47,109 nucleotides of DNA from Gemmatimonadaceae bacterium. GTDB lineage: Bacteria > Gemmatimonadota > Gemmatimonadetes > Gemmatimonadales > Gemmatimonadaceae. Position numbers and translations under genes: made by a program. The notes beneath the pieces are model-generated. The model was not told where the DNA came from. It searched no databases and saw only the letters and a list, made by a program, of their open reading frames with translations. This document shows, in pieces, positions 8,942 through 17,948 of this stretch. Every line of letters starts with the position of its first letter. Within the stretch, counting starts at the first letter, position 1. The DNA lies in assembly GCA_033763905.1 (NCBI GenBank), contig JANRJP010000133.1, positions 1 to 47,109 on the forward strand, in the 5' to 3' direction.

Positions 8942-9730
8942 TCAGCGCAGAAGCTGCGTGGCGATCGACGACATCTCGTCGGCGTTCTTGATCGCCTTGG
9001 AGTTGATCTCGTACGCGCGCATCGCCGAGATCATATCGACCATTTCATTCACGATTTCGACATTCGATCCTTCGAGCGCACCCTGCATCGTGCGACCGAA
9101 GCCGGCATCCTGGGGGAAGCCGAGGACGGGCTGCCCGGACGCCGGTGTCTGCCGGTAGAGATTCTCGCCGAGCGTGAGCAGCCCCGCCGGGTTGGAGAAG
9201 CGCGCCAACTCGATGCGGCCGATCTCGGAGAGCTCCGAGGCATTGCCGCGATCCACCGAGACGACACCGGTCTTCGAGATGGTCACGCTGACGGCATCCG
9301 TCGGAATGCGGACGGAGGGCACCAGCCCGTAGCCGCCGCTGGTCGTGAGCACACCTTGATCGGAGATCTGAAAACCGCCGTCGCGAGAGTATGCGATCTC
9401 GCCCGTCGGCAGCTGGATCTGGAAGAAGCCGTCGCCTTCGATGGCGAGATCGAGCGGACGCCCGGTGCTTTCGAGCGTGCCCTGCTGATGCTGACGCTGG
9501 ATCGCCGAGAGGTGCGTGCCGCGACCGACCTGGATCGATGGCGTCGCGCGCGTGTCGCGCGTATCGACGTAGCCACCGTTCTGGATCGTCTGGTACAGCA
9601 GATCCTCGAACTGCGGCCGGCTGCGCTTGAACCCCGTCGTGTTGACGTTGGCGAGGTTGTTCGCGATGACCTCGGTGCGGAGCTGCTGGGCAGCCATACC
9701 GGAGGCGGCGGTGCGGAGTGCGGGGTCCAT
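8942..9730 (-). CDS. flgG: Distal rod protein FlgG
   Basis: ANNLANVNTTGFK, FEDLLYQ, LEGSNV and RAYEINSK motifs. Confidence 0.97.
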   Translation of the reverse strand: MDPALRTAASGMAAQQLRTEVIANNLANVNTTGFKRSRPQFEDLLYQTIQNGGYVDTRDTRATPSIQVGRGTHLSAIQRQHQQGTLESTGRPLDLAIEGDGFFQIQLPTGEIAYSRDGGFQISDQGVLTTSGGYGLVPSVRIPTDAVSVTISKTGVVSVDRGNASELSEIGRIELARFSNPAGLLTLGENLYRQTPASGQPVLGFPQDAGFGRTMQGALEGSNVEIVNEMVDMISAMRAYEINSKAIKNADEMSSIATQLLR

Positions 9731-9827
9731 AGGAAGAGTCGGTGGCGGGAGTGAAGCGGTCGCGGGACGCGGGGGGTGCCGGGTGAACCGTCAGGTGCCC
9801 GATGGCACACCCCGGCCCGCGGAAGAG

Positions 9828-10574
9828 CTAGACGGGTTTGCCGAGATCATTCACGGCGCGCCCGCGGGTATCGTCGAGGGTACTGATGGCCTTCTGCGCC
9901 ATCGCGAAGTGCCGCTGGATCGTGATCATTTCGACCAGGGCATCGGTTGCGCCCACGTTGCTGTCTTCGGTGAAGCCTTGCCGGACATCGCGTTGCGCGG
10001 CGTCGACCGGCTGCCGGTTCTCGGGCGGGATGAAGTACTGGTTGCCTTCGTGCGCGATCGTCGTGCCGCGCGGCACTGTCTCGACGCGCAGCCGACCAAG
10101 CACCGGACGGTCGCCGTCGAAGCGACCCAACCGATCGGCCTGTGGGGCGAGGCGAATGGCGCCCGTGCGGTCGATCTCGACGCCGGCGGCGCCCGCAGGA
10201 ATCGTGATCGGACCGTTGTCGCCCAATACGTGATTCCCGTTTTGATCCACCAGCTCCTGCTTGGTGTTGAGCTGCAGGGCACCGCCCCGCGAGAGCCGCT
10301 CGCCGCTGGGGGTGGCGACGACGAAGAACCCGTCGCTGGCCAGGGCGACATCGAGCGGATTCCCCGTGGCGTTCAGGCTGCCGGTGCGAAGATCGGTGGC
10401 CGTCTGCGCTACCGGGTCGCCGCCCTCCACCAATCGCGCGAATGCGCGCTCGCCCTTGAAGCCCTCGGTCGAGACGTTGGCGAGGTTGTTGGCGACCACT
10501 TCCTGCCGGCGCTCCCAATACCGCAGCGCGGCTTTCGCAGCGCTCATTCCATTGGAGGGGATCGTCGGAGGCAT
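9828..10574 (-). CDS. flgF: Proximal rod protein FlgF
   Basis: ANNLANVSTEGFK, TGNPLDVAL and EDSNV motifs; lies upstream of flgG. Confidence 0.9.
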   Translation of the reverse strand: MPPTIPSNGMSAAKAALRYWERRQEVVANNLANVSTEGFKGERAFARLVEGGDPVAQTATDLRTGSLNATGNPLDVALASDGFFVVATPSGERLSRGGALQLNTKQELVDQNGNHVLGDNGPITIPAGAAGVEIDRTGAIRLAPQADRLGRFDGDRPVLGRLRVETVPRGTTIAHEGNQYFIPPENRQPVDAAQRDVRQGFTEDSNVGATDALVEMITIQRHFAMAQKAISTLDDTRGRAVNDLGKPV

Positions 10575-10609
10575 CGGACTCAGGAGGTGGAGGGTTCAAC
10601 TCGTACAGA

Positions 10610-10625
10610 AGCAACCACCGTGCCG
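10610..10625 (-). promoter_or_regulatory. Sigma54 promoter of the flgF operon
   Basis: CGGCACGGTGGTTGCT (GG-N10-GC). Confidence 0.8.
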
Positions 10626-10662
10626 TGACAGCAAACGCGGCAACGTGTTGCCGCAGAAGGAC

Positions 10663-11070
10663 TTACGCCGAACGGCGCAACGCGGGCCGAAGCGGCGCTG
10701 CCGACCCAGGGGCGGCAGGAACTGCCGATCGCGCGGGAACGCTCGGGACATCGCCCGTCGCACGGAGCGCCATCATCACGACGTCCCGTGGCATCGCGGT
10801 ATCGCGAGCAATCTTCTCGGGGGTCATTCCGGTGCGCGCCAAGTGCCGAATCCGCTGCCGAGTGAGGTCGGCATCAGCTGCCGTGGTGCGGCGCGGGGCT
10901 GGACGGCGCGTGACAAAGGCGACCAGGCCGGCCAGCGCCAGCCCGCCGCTCGCAATGGCGCCGGCGAGCATCGGATCGAACTCGGCGCCGTGACGTACCA
11001 GCACGTCGGCACCGAAGGCGCCGCTGGTCAGGCCGGCGAAGGCGGTGAACGCAAGTCCGAGGCGGTTCAT
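10663..11070 (-). CDS. Membrane-anchored protein with a C-terminal HTH-like motif (SwrB/DUF2802-like)
   Basis: ATG at 11070 overlaps the fliA stop. Two hydrophobic segments, then IRHLARTGMTPEKIARDTAMPRDVV. Confidence 0.65.
   Translation of the reverse strand: MNRLGLAFTAFAGLTSGAFGADVLVRHGAEFDPMLAGAIASGGLALAGLVAFVTRRPAPRRTTAADADLTRQRIRHLARTGMTPEKIARDTAMPRDVVMMALRATGDVPSVPARSAVPAAPGSAAPLRPALRRSA
10713..10727. promoter_or_regulatory. Palindromic putative enhancer site
   Basis: CGGCAGGAACTGCCG about 90 bp upstream of the flgF sigma54 promoter; a related site lies at 10638-10653. Confidence 0.55.
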
Positions 11071-11828
11071 GCGACCTTGCCCTCGCGCACGGCACCCATC
11101 TTCTCGCGCAGCCGAACGATGGCCTTCGAACGGATCTGCGACACGCGCGATTCCGTCAGATTCATCATCGAGGCGATCTCGTGGAGCTTGAGCTCTTCGA
11201 AGTAGTAGAGTGACAGCACGAGCCGTTCCTGTTCCTTCAGTTCGAGGATCGACTGCCGCAGCAGGTCGATCTCCTGGCCGAGGCTCACCTGATCGTCGAT
11301 CCCGCTCGTGTTCTCGTCCGGGAGCAGATCGACCATCGTCGTCCCGCGACCATCGTCTTCCCGCGTCGAGCGGTCGATCGACTCCTGCACCGAGCCTTCG
11401 ACTGCCGCCATCCAGCTCCACAGGGTGTCCATATCGATCCCCATCTTCGCGGCGATCTCGCGATCATCGGGCGCGCGACCGAGCTGACGAGTCAGCTCCT
11501 CGCGGGCGGCGCCGATCTCGCGCGCCTTGCGACGGACCGAACGCGGCACGTGATCCTGACGGCGCAGCTCGTCGAGAATCGATCCGCGAATGCGTGGCGC
11601 GGCGAAGGTGCTGAACGCCAGCCCGCGTGAGGGATCAAAGGATTCGAGCGCACTCATCAGGCCCAGCGTGCCCGCCGACACGAGTTCGTCGAAGTCGACG
11701 TCAGCGGCAAGGCCGCGCGCGATCTGTCGCGCCACGAAATGCACGAGGCCGAGATGCTCGGTGAGCAACTGCTGCCGAGCAGCTTCGTCGCCTTCGGCGC
11801 AACGGCGCCAGAGAGAGGGTGCGGTCAT
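11067..11828 (-). CDS. fliA: Flagellar sigma factor FliA (sigma28)
   Basis: FDPSRGLAFSTFAAPRIRGSILDELR.QD.VPRS and LYYFEEL.L.EIA..MNLTESRVSQI. Start trimmed to ATG at 11828. Confidence 0.95.
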   Translation of the reverse strand: MTAPSLWRRCAEGDEAARQQLLTEHLGLVHFVARQIARGLAADVDFDELVSAGTLGLMSALESFDPSRGLAFSTFAAPRIRGSILDELRRQDHVPRSVRRKAREIGAAREELTRQLGRAPDDREIAAKMGIDMDTLWSWMAAVEGSVQESIDRSTREDDGRGTTMVDLLPDENTSGIDDQVSLGQEIDLLRQSILELKEQERLVLSLYYFEELKLHEIASMMNLTESRVSQIRSKAIVRLREKMGAVREGKVA

Positions 11829-11850
11829 CAGAGAATTCTCCAGAAGGACA

Positions 11851-12678
11851 TCAGGCGGAACGGACTGCCGGTCGCCCGGTCGTCGGATCCATAGAGAGCA
11901 AACGAGGGGCCAACGTCGCGAGGAGTTCGGCCACGGGCGATCCTGCCGCCGCATCGGGCAGTGGCAGGCCCGCCGTGAGGGCGGCGCGAAGGGATGCGTC
12001 GTCGGGAAGTTCCGCAGCCGTCGGCACGGCGTGACCGAGCCAGCGCTGCGAGGCGGTGGAGATTTCGTCGGCAAAGCGGCGTGCGCCTGCCGTGTCCGCC
12101 CGATTCAGTACCACGTGCGTCACCGTGCCGGCCGCTCGAGCATCCACGGACTTGATCAGCGCATACGTCGCCGCGGCGGATACGGGGTCCGGCGTGGTGA
12201 CCGCGAGCAGATGGGCCGGGCCGAGACTCGTCGCACGAAGCACGGCGTCGAGTCGTGAGCCGGCATCGAGCACGACGACATCGTACTCGGCAAAAGATTC
12301 CGCGACGCGACGGAGCAGCGTGCGCAGCTCGAGATCGGTCAGCGGCGGCTCGGCGCCGCCTCCAGCAATGGCATCGAGCTGATCGGCCAACGGCGTCACC
12401 AGCGACGCGGCCTCCAGCGCGCCCTGGCGCAGCTGGACGAACGACGGCGCGTCCGGGCATCCGAAGAGCCGATGCATCGTGCCGATATCGGCATCGGTGT
12501 CGACGAGCAACGTGCGGAGCCCACCCGCCGCGGCGCCGACCGCCACCAATCCGGCGACGAGCGACGCGCCCGTGCCGCCCTTGCCGGCACCGACGGCAAT
12601 GAGCCGGCGATCAGACGGCGATGGCGCGGTCTGCGGGCCGCCAAGAAACCGGCGCAGCGAGTCGGTCTGCCGATTCAC
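11851..12678 (-). CDS. flhG: FlhG/FleN MinD-like protein with a degenerate P-loop
   Basis: Lies between flhF and fliA. Motifs GKGGTGAS, LLVDTD, YDVVVLDAG, VTTPDP.S...TYALIK and VLNR. Confidence 0.85.
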   Translation of the reverse strand: MNRQTDSLRRFLGGPQTAPSPSDRRLIAVGAGKGGTGASLVAGLVAVGAAAGGLRTLLVDTDADIGTMHRLFGCPDAPSFVQLRQGALEAASLVTPLADQLDAIAGGGAEPPLTDLELRTLLRRVAESFAEYDVVVLDAGSRLDAVLRATSLGPAHLLAVTTPDPVSAAATYALIKSVDARAAGTVTHVVLNRADTAGARRFADEISTASQRWLGHAVPTAAELPDDASLRAALTAGLPLPDAAAGSPVAELLATLAPRLLSMDPTTGRPAVRSA

Positions 12679-13508
12679 GCGACGGATGCCGCCATACTGT
12701 TGGAAGGACTCGCGAGCCGGCCGAGCGAGGCGAGCACGCGGGAGGCGCCGGCGTGCAGATCGGTCGGCACATCCTGCCCATCGGTGATCCAGCGCAGCGG
12801 GAGATCCATCCCGATCGCGAGCTCAGCGAGGCCTGCATCGTCCGGGGTTTCGTCGCACTTGGTGACGATCAGATGCGTGCAGGTCGTGGCGTTGAACGCC
12901 TCGCGCGCGGTCGCGACGAGATCGAGTCGCATCGTGGCCGGCATCACCAGATGGCATTCGTCGGGATCGAACCGGTCGAGCAACTGGCGCCACGCCCGGT
13001 CGAACGCCGCGGTGCGCGGGCTGCGCCCCGGCGTATCGATGAGTACGACATCGCAGCTGGCGAGCCGGGCCCGCGCGGCATCGACGTCCCGTGCATCGTA
13101 GACGATCTCCAAGGGCAGACCGGCGACATCGCAGTAGGCCTGCAACTGCTCGAGCGCGCCCGCCCGATAGGTATCGAGCGACACGACGCCGACCCGCTTG
13201 CCGCCGAACGCGGCCGGATGCACGGCGAGCTTGGCAATCGTCGTCGTCTTGCCCGCCCCGGTCGGACCGACCAGCGCGAGCGTGTACGGCCGGCCCTTTC
13301 GGGTGAGCGTCATCGCCGGTCGCGGTTCGAGCCGACGACGGAATTGGTCGAGATCGCGAGCGGCGGCGGCGAGGACTTCGATGAAGCTGGAGCCGTCGGC
13401 GCCGCGCAACGTCTGCGTACGCACGATCATCACATCGTCGCCGATGGCGCGCCGCGCCGCCGCGAAGACCGATGACCACGTGGACCCACGGAAGGTTTCA
13501 AGCCGCAT
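12675..13508 (-). CDS. flhF: SRP-family GTPase FlhF, minimal form
   Basis: GPTGAGKTTTIAKLA, DTYRAGALEQL, DTPG, TKCDE and GQDVP motifs; follows flhA. Confidence 0.92.
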   Translation of the reverse strand: MRLETFRGSTWSSVFAAARRAIGDDVMIVRTQTLRGADGSSFIEVLAAAARDLDQFRRRLEPRPAMTLTRKGRPYTLALVGPTGAGKTTTIAKLAVHPAAFGGKRVGVVSLDTYRAGALEQLQAYCDVAGLPLEIVYDARDVDAARARLASCDVVLIDTPGRSPRTAAFDRAWRQLLDRFDPDECHLVMPATMRLDLVATAREAFNATTCTHLIVTKCDETPDDAGLAELAIGMDLPLRWITDGQDVPTDLHAGASRVLASLGRLASPSNSMAASVA

Positions 13509-15588
13509 TGGCGACGTCCCAGGTGGCGACAGTGTTGAGGGTCACCGACGCCGGGAGTTCGGCGAGCGAGACCACGGGGAGCTGCGGGAGGACCGGTTCG
13601 ACGAGTCGGCGCACGCCGACGCGGAGCGACGGCGACACGATGAGCGGGACCGCGTGCCCATCGGCGGCGTACATCTGCGAGAGCGTGCCGAGATCGCGAA
13701 GCAGTCCGGCGAGTTGATCGGGACCGAGCATCGTACCGGGCGTGCCTCCACGCGGAGAGAACAGGGTCATCAGTGCCGCTTCGAGCTTTGGACCCATCGT
13801 GATCGCACGGACCGTGCCGTCGCCTTCCATATAGAGGCGGGCGATGACATTGCCGAGCGCCCGACGGACGTGCTCGGTGAGTGCTTCGGCATCCTTGGTG
13901 AGATCCGCGGCGTCGCCCAAGGCTTCGAGGATGCTGACCAGGTCGCGAATCGGAATGCGCTCGCGCAGCAGCCGCTGCAGGACGCGATGCAGCAGGGCGA
14001 GAGTGATCTTGGACGGAATGAGCTCGTCGACCAGCGCCGGATGCGTCTTCTTGAGCGCTTCGACCATCTGCTGCACATCCTGCCGGCCCAGCAGTTCGGC
14101 GGCGTGCCCCTTCATCGTCTCCATCAGATGCGTGGCGACCATCGTCGTGGGCTCGACGACGACATAGCCGGACGCTTCGGCGTCGGCGCGACGGGCGGGC
14201 GCGATCCAGCGCGCGGGCATCCCGAAGCTGGGGTCGACCGTCGCCATCCCTTCGACCGGCTGCGCCACCGCTCCGGTATCGAGCGCCAGCAGGAAGCGCG
14301 GCATCACTTCGGCGCGGGCAATCTCGGCGCCGCGCAGCTTGATCACGTACTCGTTGGCTGGCAGCCGGATGTCGTCGCGAATGCGGATCTGCGGAATGAG
14401 AATGCCCAACTCCAGCGCCGCCTGCTTGCGGAGCAGCCCGATGCGTTCGAGGAGGTCGCCGCCCTGCTTCTCGTCGACCAGCCCGATGAGCGCGAAGCCC
14501 ACCTCGAGTTCGATCGGATCGATCTGCAACAGGTCCTGCATCGGATCGTTGATCGGCAGTTCCTCGACCGGCGCGCTCGCGGCGGCGGCGTCGGCGTCCG
14601 ACTGCGTCTTGCGATCCTGCATCCCGCGCGCGGCACGAGCCAGGAGGGCGAAGCCGCCGCCCAGCAGGAGGAACGGCAAGGCGGGCAGTCCGGGCACCAG
14701 GCCGAAGGATGCGAGCACCGCGGCCGCCATCCACATCGCGCGCGGCTGCGCGCCAAGCTGGCGCACCAAGATCGACCCGACCCGCGCGTTCTCCGTCGCG
14801 CGCGTCACCATAATGCCCGCCGCCACCGACACGATGAGTGCGGGCACCTGCGAGACGAGTCCTTCACCGACGGTGAGGATCGTGTAGGTCGAGGCCGCCT
14901 CGGTGAAGGGCAACCCGCGCTGCACGACGCCGATGAAGATGCCGCCGACGATGTTGATCGCCGTGATGAGCACCGCAGCGATGGCGTCACCCTTCACGAA
15001 CTTGGAGGCACCGTCCATCGCGCCGTAGAAGTCCGCCTCGCGCGAGACCGCACTGCGGCGACGGCGCGCTTCGGCCTCGTCGATCAGACCGGCCGAAAGA
15101 TCGGCGTCGATCGCCATCTGCTTGCCCGGCATCGCGTCCAAGGTGAAACGGGCCGCGACTTCCGCAACGCGTCCTGCGCCCTTGGTGATGACGACGAAGT
15201 TGATCGCGACGAGAATCAGGAAGAGGACGATACCGACGGCGTAGTTGCCGCCGATGACGAACTGGCCAAAGGCCTGAATCACCGCGCCGGCGTGTCCGTC
15301 GGCGAGGATCAGGCGCGTCGAGGCCACGTTCAACGCAAGCCGGAACAGCGTGAGGACGAGCAGCAGCAAGGGGAACGAGCTGAACTCGAGCCCTTCGCGC
15401 GTATTGAGTGTGACGAGCAGGACCGTCAGCGAGAGTCCGATGCTCGCGGCGAGGAAGAGATCGAGCACCAGCGGCGGCAAGGGCACCACCAGCAGGGCGA
15501 TGATGAAGACGATGCCGATGCCGATGCCGATTTCGGCACGGCGGTCGCCAGCAGTCTGGGTCTCGATCGGGATGGCGGCAGCGGTCAC
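13498..15588 (-). CDS. flhA: Export apparatus protein FlhA
   Basis: RVAEVAARFTLDAMPGKQMAIDADL and FYGAMDGASKFVKGD motifs. Confidence 0.98.
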   Translation of the reverse strand: MTAAAIPIETQTAGDRRAEIGIGIGIVFIIALLVVPLPPLVLDLFLAASIGLSLTVLLVTLNTREGLEFSSFPLLLLVLTLFRLALNVASTRLILADGHAGAVIQAFGQFVIGGNYAVGIVLFLILVAINFVVITKGAGRVAEVAARFTLDAMPGKQMAIDADLSAGLIDEAEARRRRSAVSREADFYGAMDGASKFVKGDAIAAVLITAINIVGGIFIGVVQRGLPFTEAASTYTILTVGEGLVSQVPALIVSVAAGIMVTRATENARVGSILVRQLGAQPRAMWMAAAVLASFGLVPGLPALPFLLLGGGFALLARAARGMQDRKTQSDADAAAASAPVEELPINDPMQDLLQIDPIELEVGFALIGLVDEKQGGDLLERIGLLRKQAALELGILIPQIRIRDDIRLPANEYVIKLRGAEIARAEVMPRFLLALDTGAVAQPVEGMATVDPSFGMPARWIAPARRADAEASGYVVVEPTTMVATHLMETMKGHAAELLGRQDVQQMVEALKKTHPALVDELIPSKITLALLHRVLQRLLRERIPIRDLVSILEALGDAADLTKDAEALTEHVRRALGNVIARLYMEGDGTVRAITMGPKLEAALMTLFSPRGGTPGTMLGPDQLAGLLRDLGTLSQMYAADGHAVPLIVSPSLRVGVRRLVEPVLPQLPVVSLAELPASVTLNTVATWDVANAA

Positions 15589-16676
15589 GCGACGGCACTC
15601 CCGCGCCAGCCGGGCGAGGCGGCGCGCTGACGGAAGACGAACGCAAGCACTTCAGCAACAGCGGTGTAGAGCTCGGCGGGAATCATCTGCCCCACCTGAC
15701 AGGCCTTGATCATCGCGCGGGCCAGCGGACGGTTCTGGATGATCGGCACACCCGATTCAAGCGCGATCGCCTTGATGCGTTCGGCGACCTTGCGCTGCCC
15801 CATCGCGACGACAATCGGCGCGGGGGCATTCATCGGGTCGTACTGCAGCGCAATCGCGATGTGCGTCGGGTTGACGATGACGACGCTGGCCTTCGGCACA
15901 TTCGCCATCATCTGCTGGCGGATGCGCTGACGACCGAGGGCGCGGCGGCGGGCCTTCACGTTGCCGTCGCCTTCCAGGCTCTTGTTCTCCTGCTTCACTT
16001 CGTCCTTCGTCATCTTGAGCGACTTCTCGTACTCGAAGCGCTGCCAGAAGACGTCGGCAATGGCGATCGCCAGAAACGAGAATCCGGCCGTGGCCATCAG
16101 CTTGACCACCCAGTCGCTGGCCAGATGGGCCGCGATGCGCGGGTCCTGCTGCGCGAGTGAACCCGTGACCGGCAGGGCCTCCCCAAGCACGCTCCAGACG
16201 GCGAGGCCGACGACCGTGACCTTGGCCAGCTGCTTGGCGAGTTCGATCGCCTGCTTGCCGCTCGGCAACAGTCGCTTGAGGCCGGCGACCGGGTTGAGCC
16301 GTGCGAAGCTCGGCGTCAGCGGCTCGAGGGTAAACACGCCCTTGGCCTGCACCGCGGCGATGGCCACGGCAACGCCCGCCAGCGCCACGCTAATCTTGGC
16401 GATCGCTACCAGCGTGTGTCGTGCCGTCTCGTTGAACGCATCGAGCAGGCCTTCCGCGTCGTGTGCGTGAGTACCGGCGTTGGCGAGCCCGCTCCCCATC
16501 GTGTCGAGGAGGAACTGCCCGAGGTCCGGTCCCATCGCCGAGAGAATCATCAACGAACCCAGCAGCACGACGGCGGCATTGAGCTCGGTCGACTTCCAGA
16601 TCTGTCCTTTCTGCACCGCTTCCGACCGCTTTTTGGCGGTCGGCAGTTCGGTTTTTTCGTCTTGGTCTTCGGCCAT
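15585..16676 (-). CDS. flhB: Export apparatus protein FlhB
   Basis: EKTE.PT.KK, LKMTKDEVKQE.K..EG and the NPTH autocleavage motif. Confidence 0.97.
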   Translation of the reverse strand: MAEDQDEKTELPTAKKRSEAVQKGQIWKSTELNAAVVLLGSLMILSAMGPDLGQFLLDTMGSGLANAGTHAHDAEGLLDAFNETARHTLVAIAKISVALAGVAVAIAAVQAKGVFTLEPLTPSFARLNPVAGLKRLLPSGKQAIELAKQLAKVTVVGLAVWSVLGEALPVTGSLAQQDPRIAAHLASDWVVKLMATAGFSFLAIAIADVFWQRFEYEKSLKMTKDEVKQENKSLEGDGNVKARRRALGRQRIRQQMMANVPKASVVIVNPTHIAIALQYDPMNAPAPIVVAMGQRKVAERIKAIALESGVPIIQNRPLARAMIKACQVGQMIPAELYTAVAEVLAFVFRQRAASPGWRGSAVA

Positions 16677-16677
16677 C

Positions 16678-17463
16678 TCAGCCACCCGCCAGCACGAAGG
16701 CCGTCAGCAGCCGATCAACGGTGCCGTCGTAGGTGCCGCGCCAGCCGTTGAGCCACGCGGCAAAAAACGGGAGCGCACCGCCCAGCACGACCAGGCCGAG
16801 GCCCGTCTGCACGGGGAAGGCGATGCTCATCACCTGCAACTGCGGCGCGGCCTTGGTCATCAGGCCCAGCGACACGTTCAACACCAGGACCGAGACGATC
16901 ACCGGGGCGGCGATCTGCAGCGCCGAGACGAACAGCGCACCGGCCGAGTTGGCCATCGCTTTCGCACCGGCGCCGATCGCGAGTGGCGTCCCGAGCGGCA
17001 CGGCCTTGAGCGACGCGGCGAGACCGTCGAGCAGCACCAGATGGAGATCCATCGAGAGCAGCAACGTCAGCGTCAGCAGCCGGATGAAGGTGCCCATCGT
17101 CGGCGTCTGCGTGAACGTGACGGGATCGATCGACGCAGCACCGGACAAGCCGGCCTGCATCCCGATCACTTCACCCGCCATCTCGGCGGCGCCGAGGATC
17201 AGCGCCACGGCGAGGCCAAGGACCATCCCGATCATCACATCGCCGAGCACCATCGCGGCGGTCAGCGTGAGCGCACCCGGCGCGGCGGCGCGTGCGACTG
17301 GCCACACGAGCAAGGTGAACAGCACGGTGAGAATCACCTTGACCTGCGCCGGGACCTGCTTGGCCGAGAACGTCGGGGCGAGGAGCATCAGGCCCGTGAC
17401 GCGGCAGAAGACCAGCAACAGCGAGTCGGTGCCACCGGGGGCGAACAGCGCATCGAACGACAC
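16678..17463 (-). CDS. fliR: Export apparatus protein FliR
   Basis: Hydrophobic protein with LGLMTKAAPQLQV...FP motif; lies between fliQ and flhB. Confidence 0.95.
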   Translation of the reverse strand: MSFDALFAPGGTDSLLLVFCRVTGLMLLAPTFSAKQVPAQVKVILTVLFTLLVWPVARAAAPGALTLTAAMVLGDVMIGMVLGLAVALILGAAEMAGEVIGMQAGLSGAASIDPVTFTQTPTMGTFIRLLTLTLLLSMDLHLVLLDGLAASLKAVPLGTPLAIGAGAKAMANSAGALFVSALQIAAPVIVSVLVLNVSLGLMTKAAPQLQVMSIAFPVQTGLGLVVLGGALPFFAAWLNGWRGTYDGTVDRLLTAFVLAGG

Positions 17464-17467
17464 GCCG

Positions 17468-17737
17468 TCACCCGAGCATCGTGGGGAGACTGCGGAAGAG
17501 CTCGACGGTGTACTTCACCGTGAGCTGCATCATCCACGGCAAGGCGATGAGAAACACGACCGAAATGCCGACGAACTTCGGCACGTACGTCAGGGTCTGT
17601 TCCTGGATCTGCGTGACCGATTGGAGGATGCCGATCACCAGACCGATGATGAGCGAGACGAGCAGCATCGGGGCGCTCAGGAGCAGCGCCATTGTGAGGG
17701 CCTTTCGGGCGAGATCGACGATCAGGGCTTCGGACAC
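17468..17737 (-). CDS. fliQ: Export apparatus protein FliQ
   Basis: QSVTQIQEQTLTYVPK motif. Confidence 0.97.
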   Translation of the reverse strand: MSEALIVDLARKALTMALLLSAPMLLVSLIIGLVIGILQSVTQIQEQTLTYVPKFVGISVVFLIALPWMMQLTVKYTVELFRSLPTMLG

Positions 17738-17772
17738 GGCAGTCGGCGGAGGGAGGTGACGCCGACATCGGA

Positions 17773-17788
17773 AGCAGGAAGGGTGCCA
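17773..17788 (-). promoter_or_regulatory. Sigma54 promoter of the fliQ-fliA operon
   Basis: TGGCACCCTTCCTGCT (GG-N10-GC). Confidence 0.8.
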
Positions 17789-17815
17789 CCGCGCTGGATG
17801 GCGTAAGTCCTTATT

Positions 17816-17828
17816 AATCAGATACTTA
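17816..17828 (+). promoter_or_regulatory. Putative IHF site
   Basis: AATCAGATACTTA matches WATCAR-N4-TTR, in an AT-rich patch between the sigma54 promoter and the palindrome at 17924. Confidence 0.6.
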
Positions 17829-17923
17829 TACGAATCGTCACTCGCCCGGCGCGCGTCGCAGGGGGACGAAAGTGCCGAGCTGTTTTGGCTGTACTGACCG
17901 CGTGGTCAGTGAGAGATGGTGGT

Positions 17924-17938
17924 CGGCATTATTTGCCG
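17924..17938. promoter_or_regulatory. Palindromic putative enhancer site
   Basis: CGGCATTATTTGCCG (flanked by GT/AC), about 135 bp upstream of the fliQ sigma54 promoter. Confidence 0.65.
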
Positions 17939-17948
17939 ACGAGGTGCC

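Noticed and set aside
9770..9820. Imperfect hairpin between flgF and flgG
   Set aside because: It has mismatches and no U-tract, so it cannot be separated from chance GC pairing.
13198..15630. Long plus-strand ORFs (e.g. 13198..15630, 21238..23838, 4555..6294, 39929..41551)
   Set aside because: Antisense shadows of well-identified genes, expected in high-GC DNA. They are Arg-rich and have no motifs.
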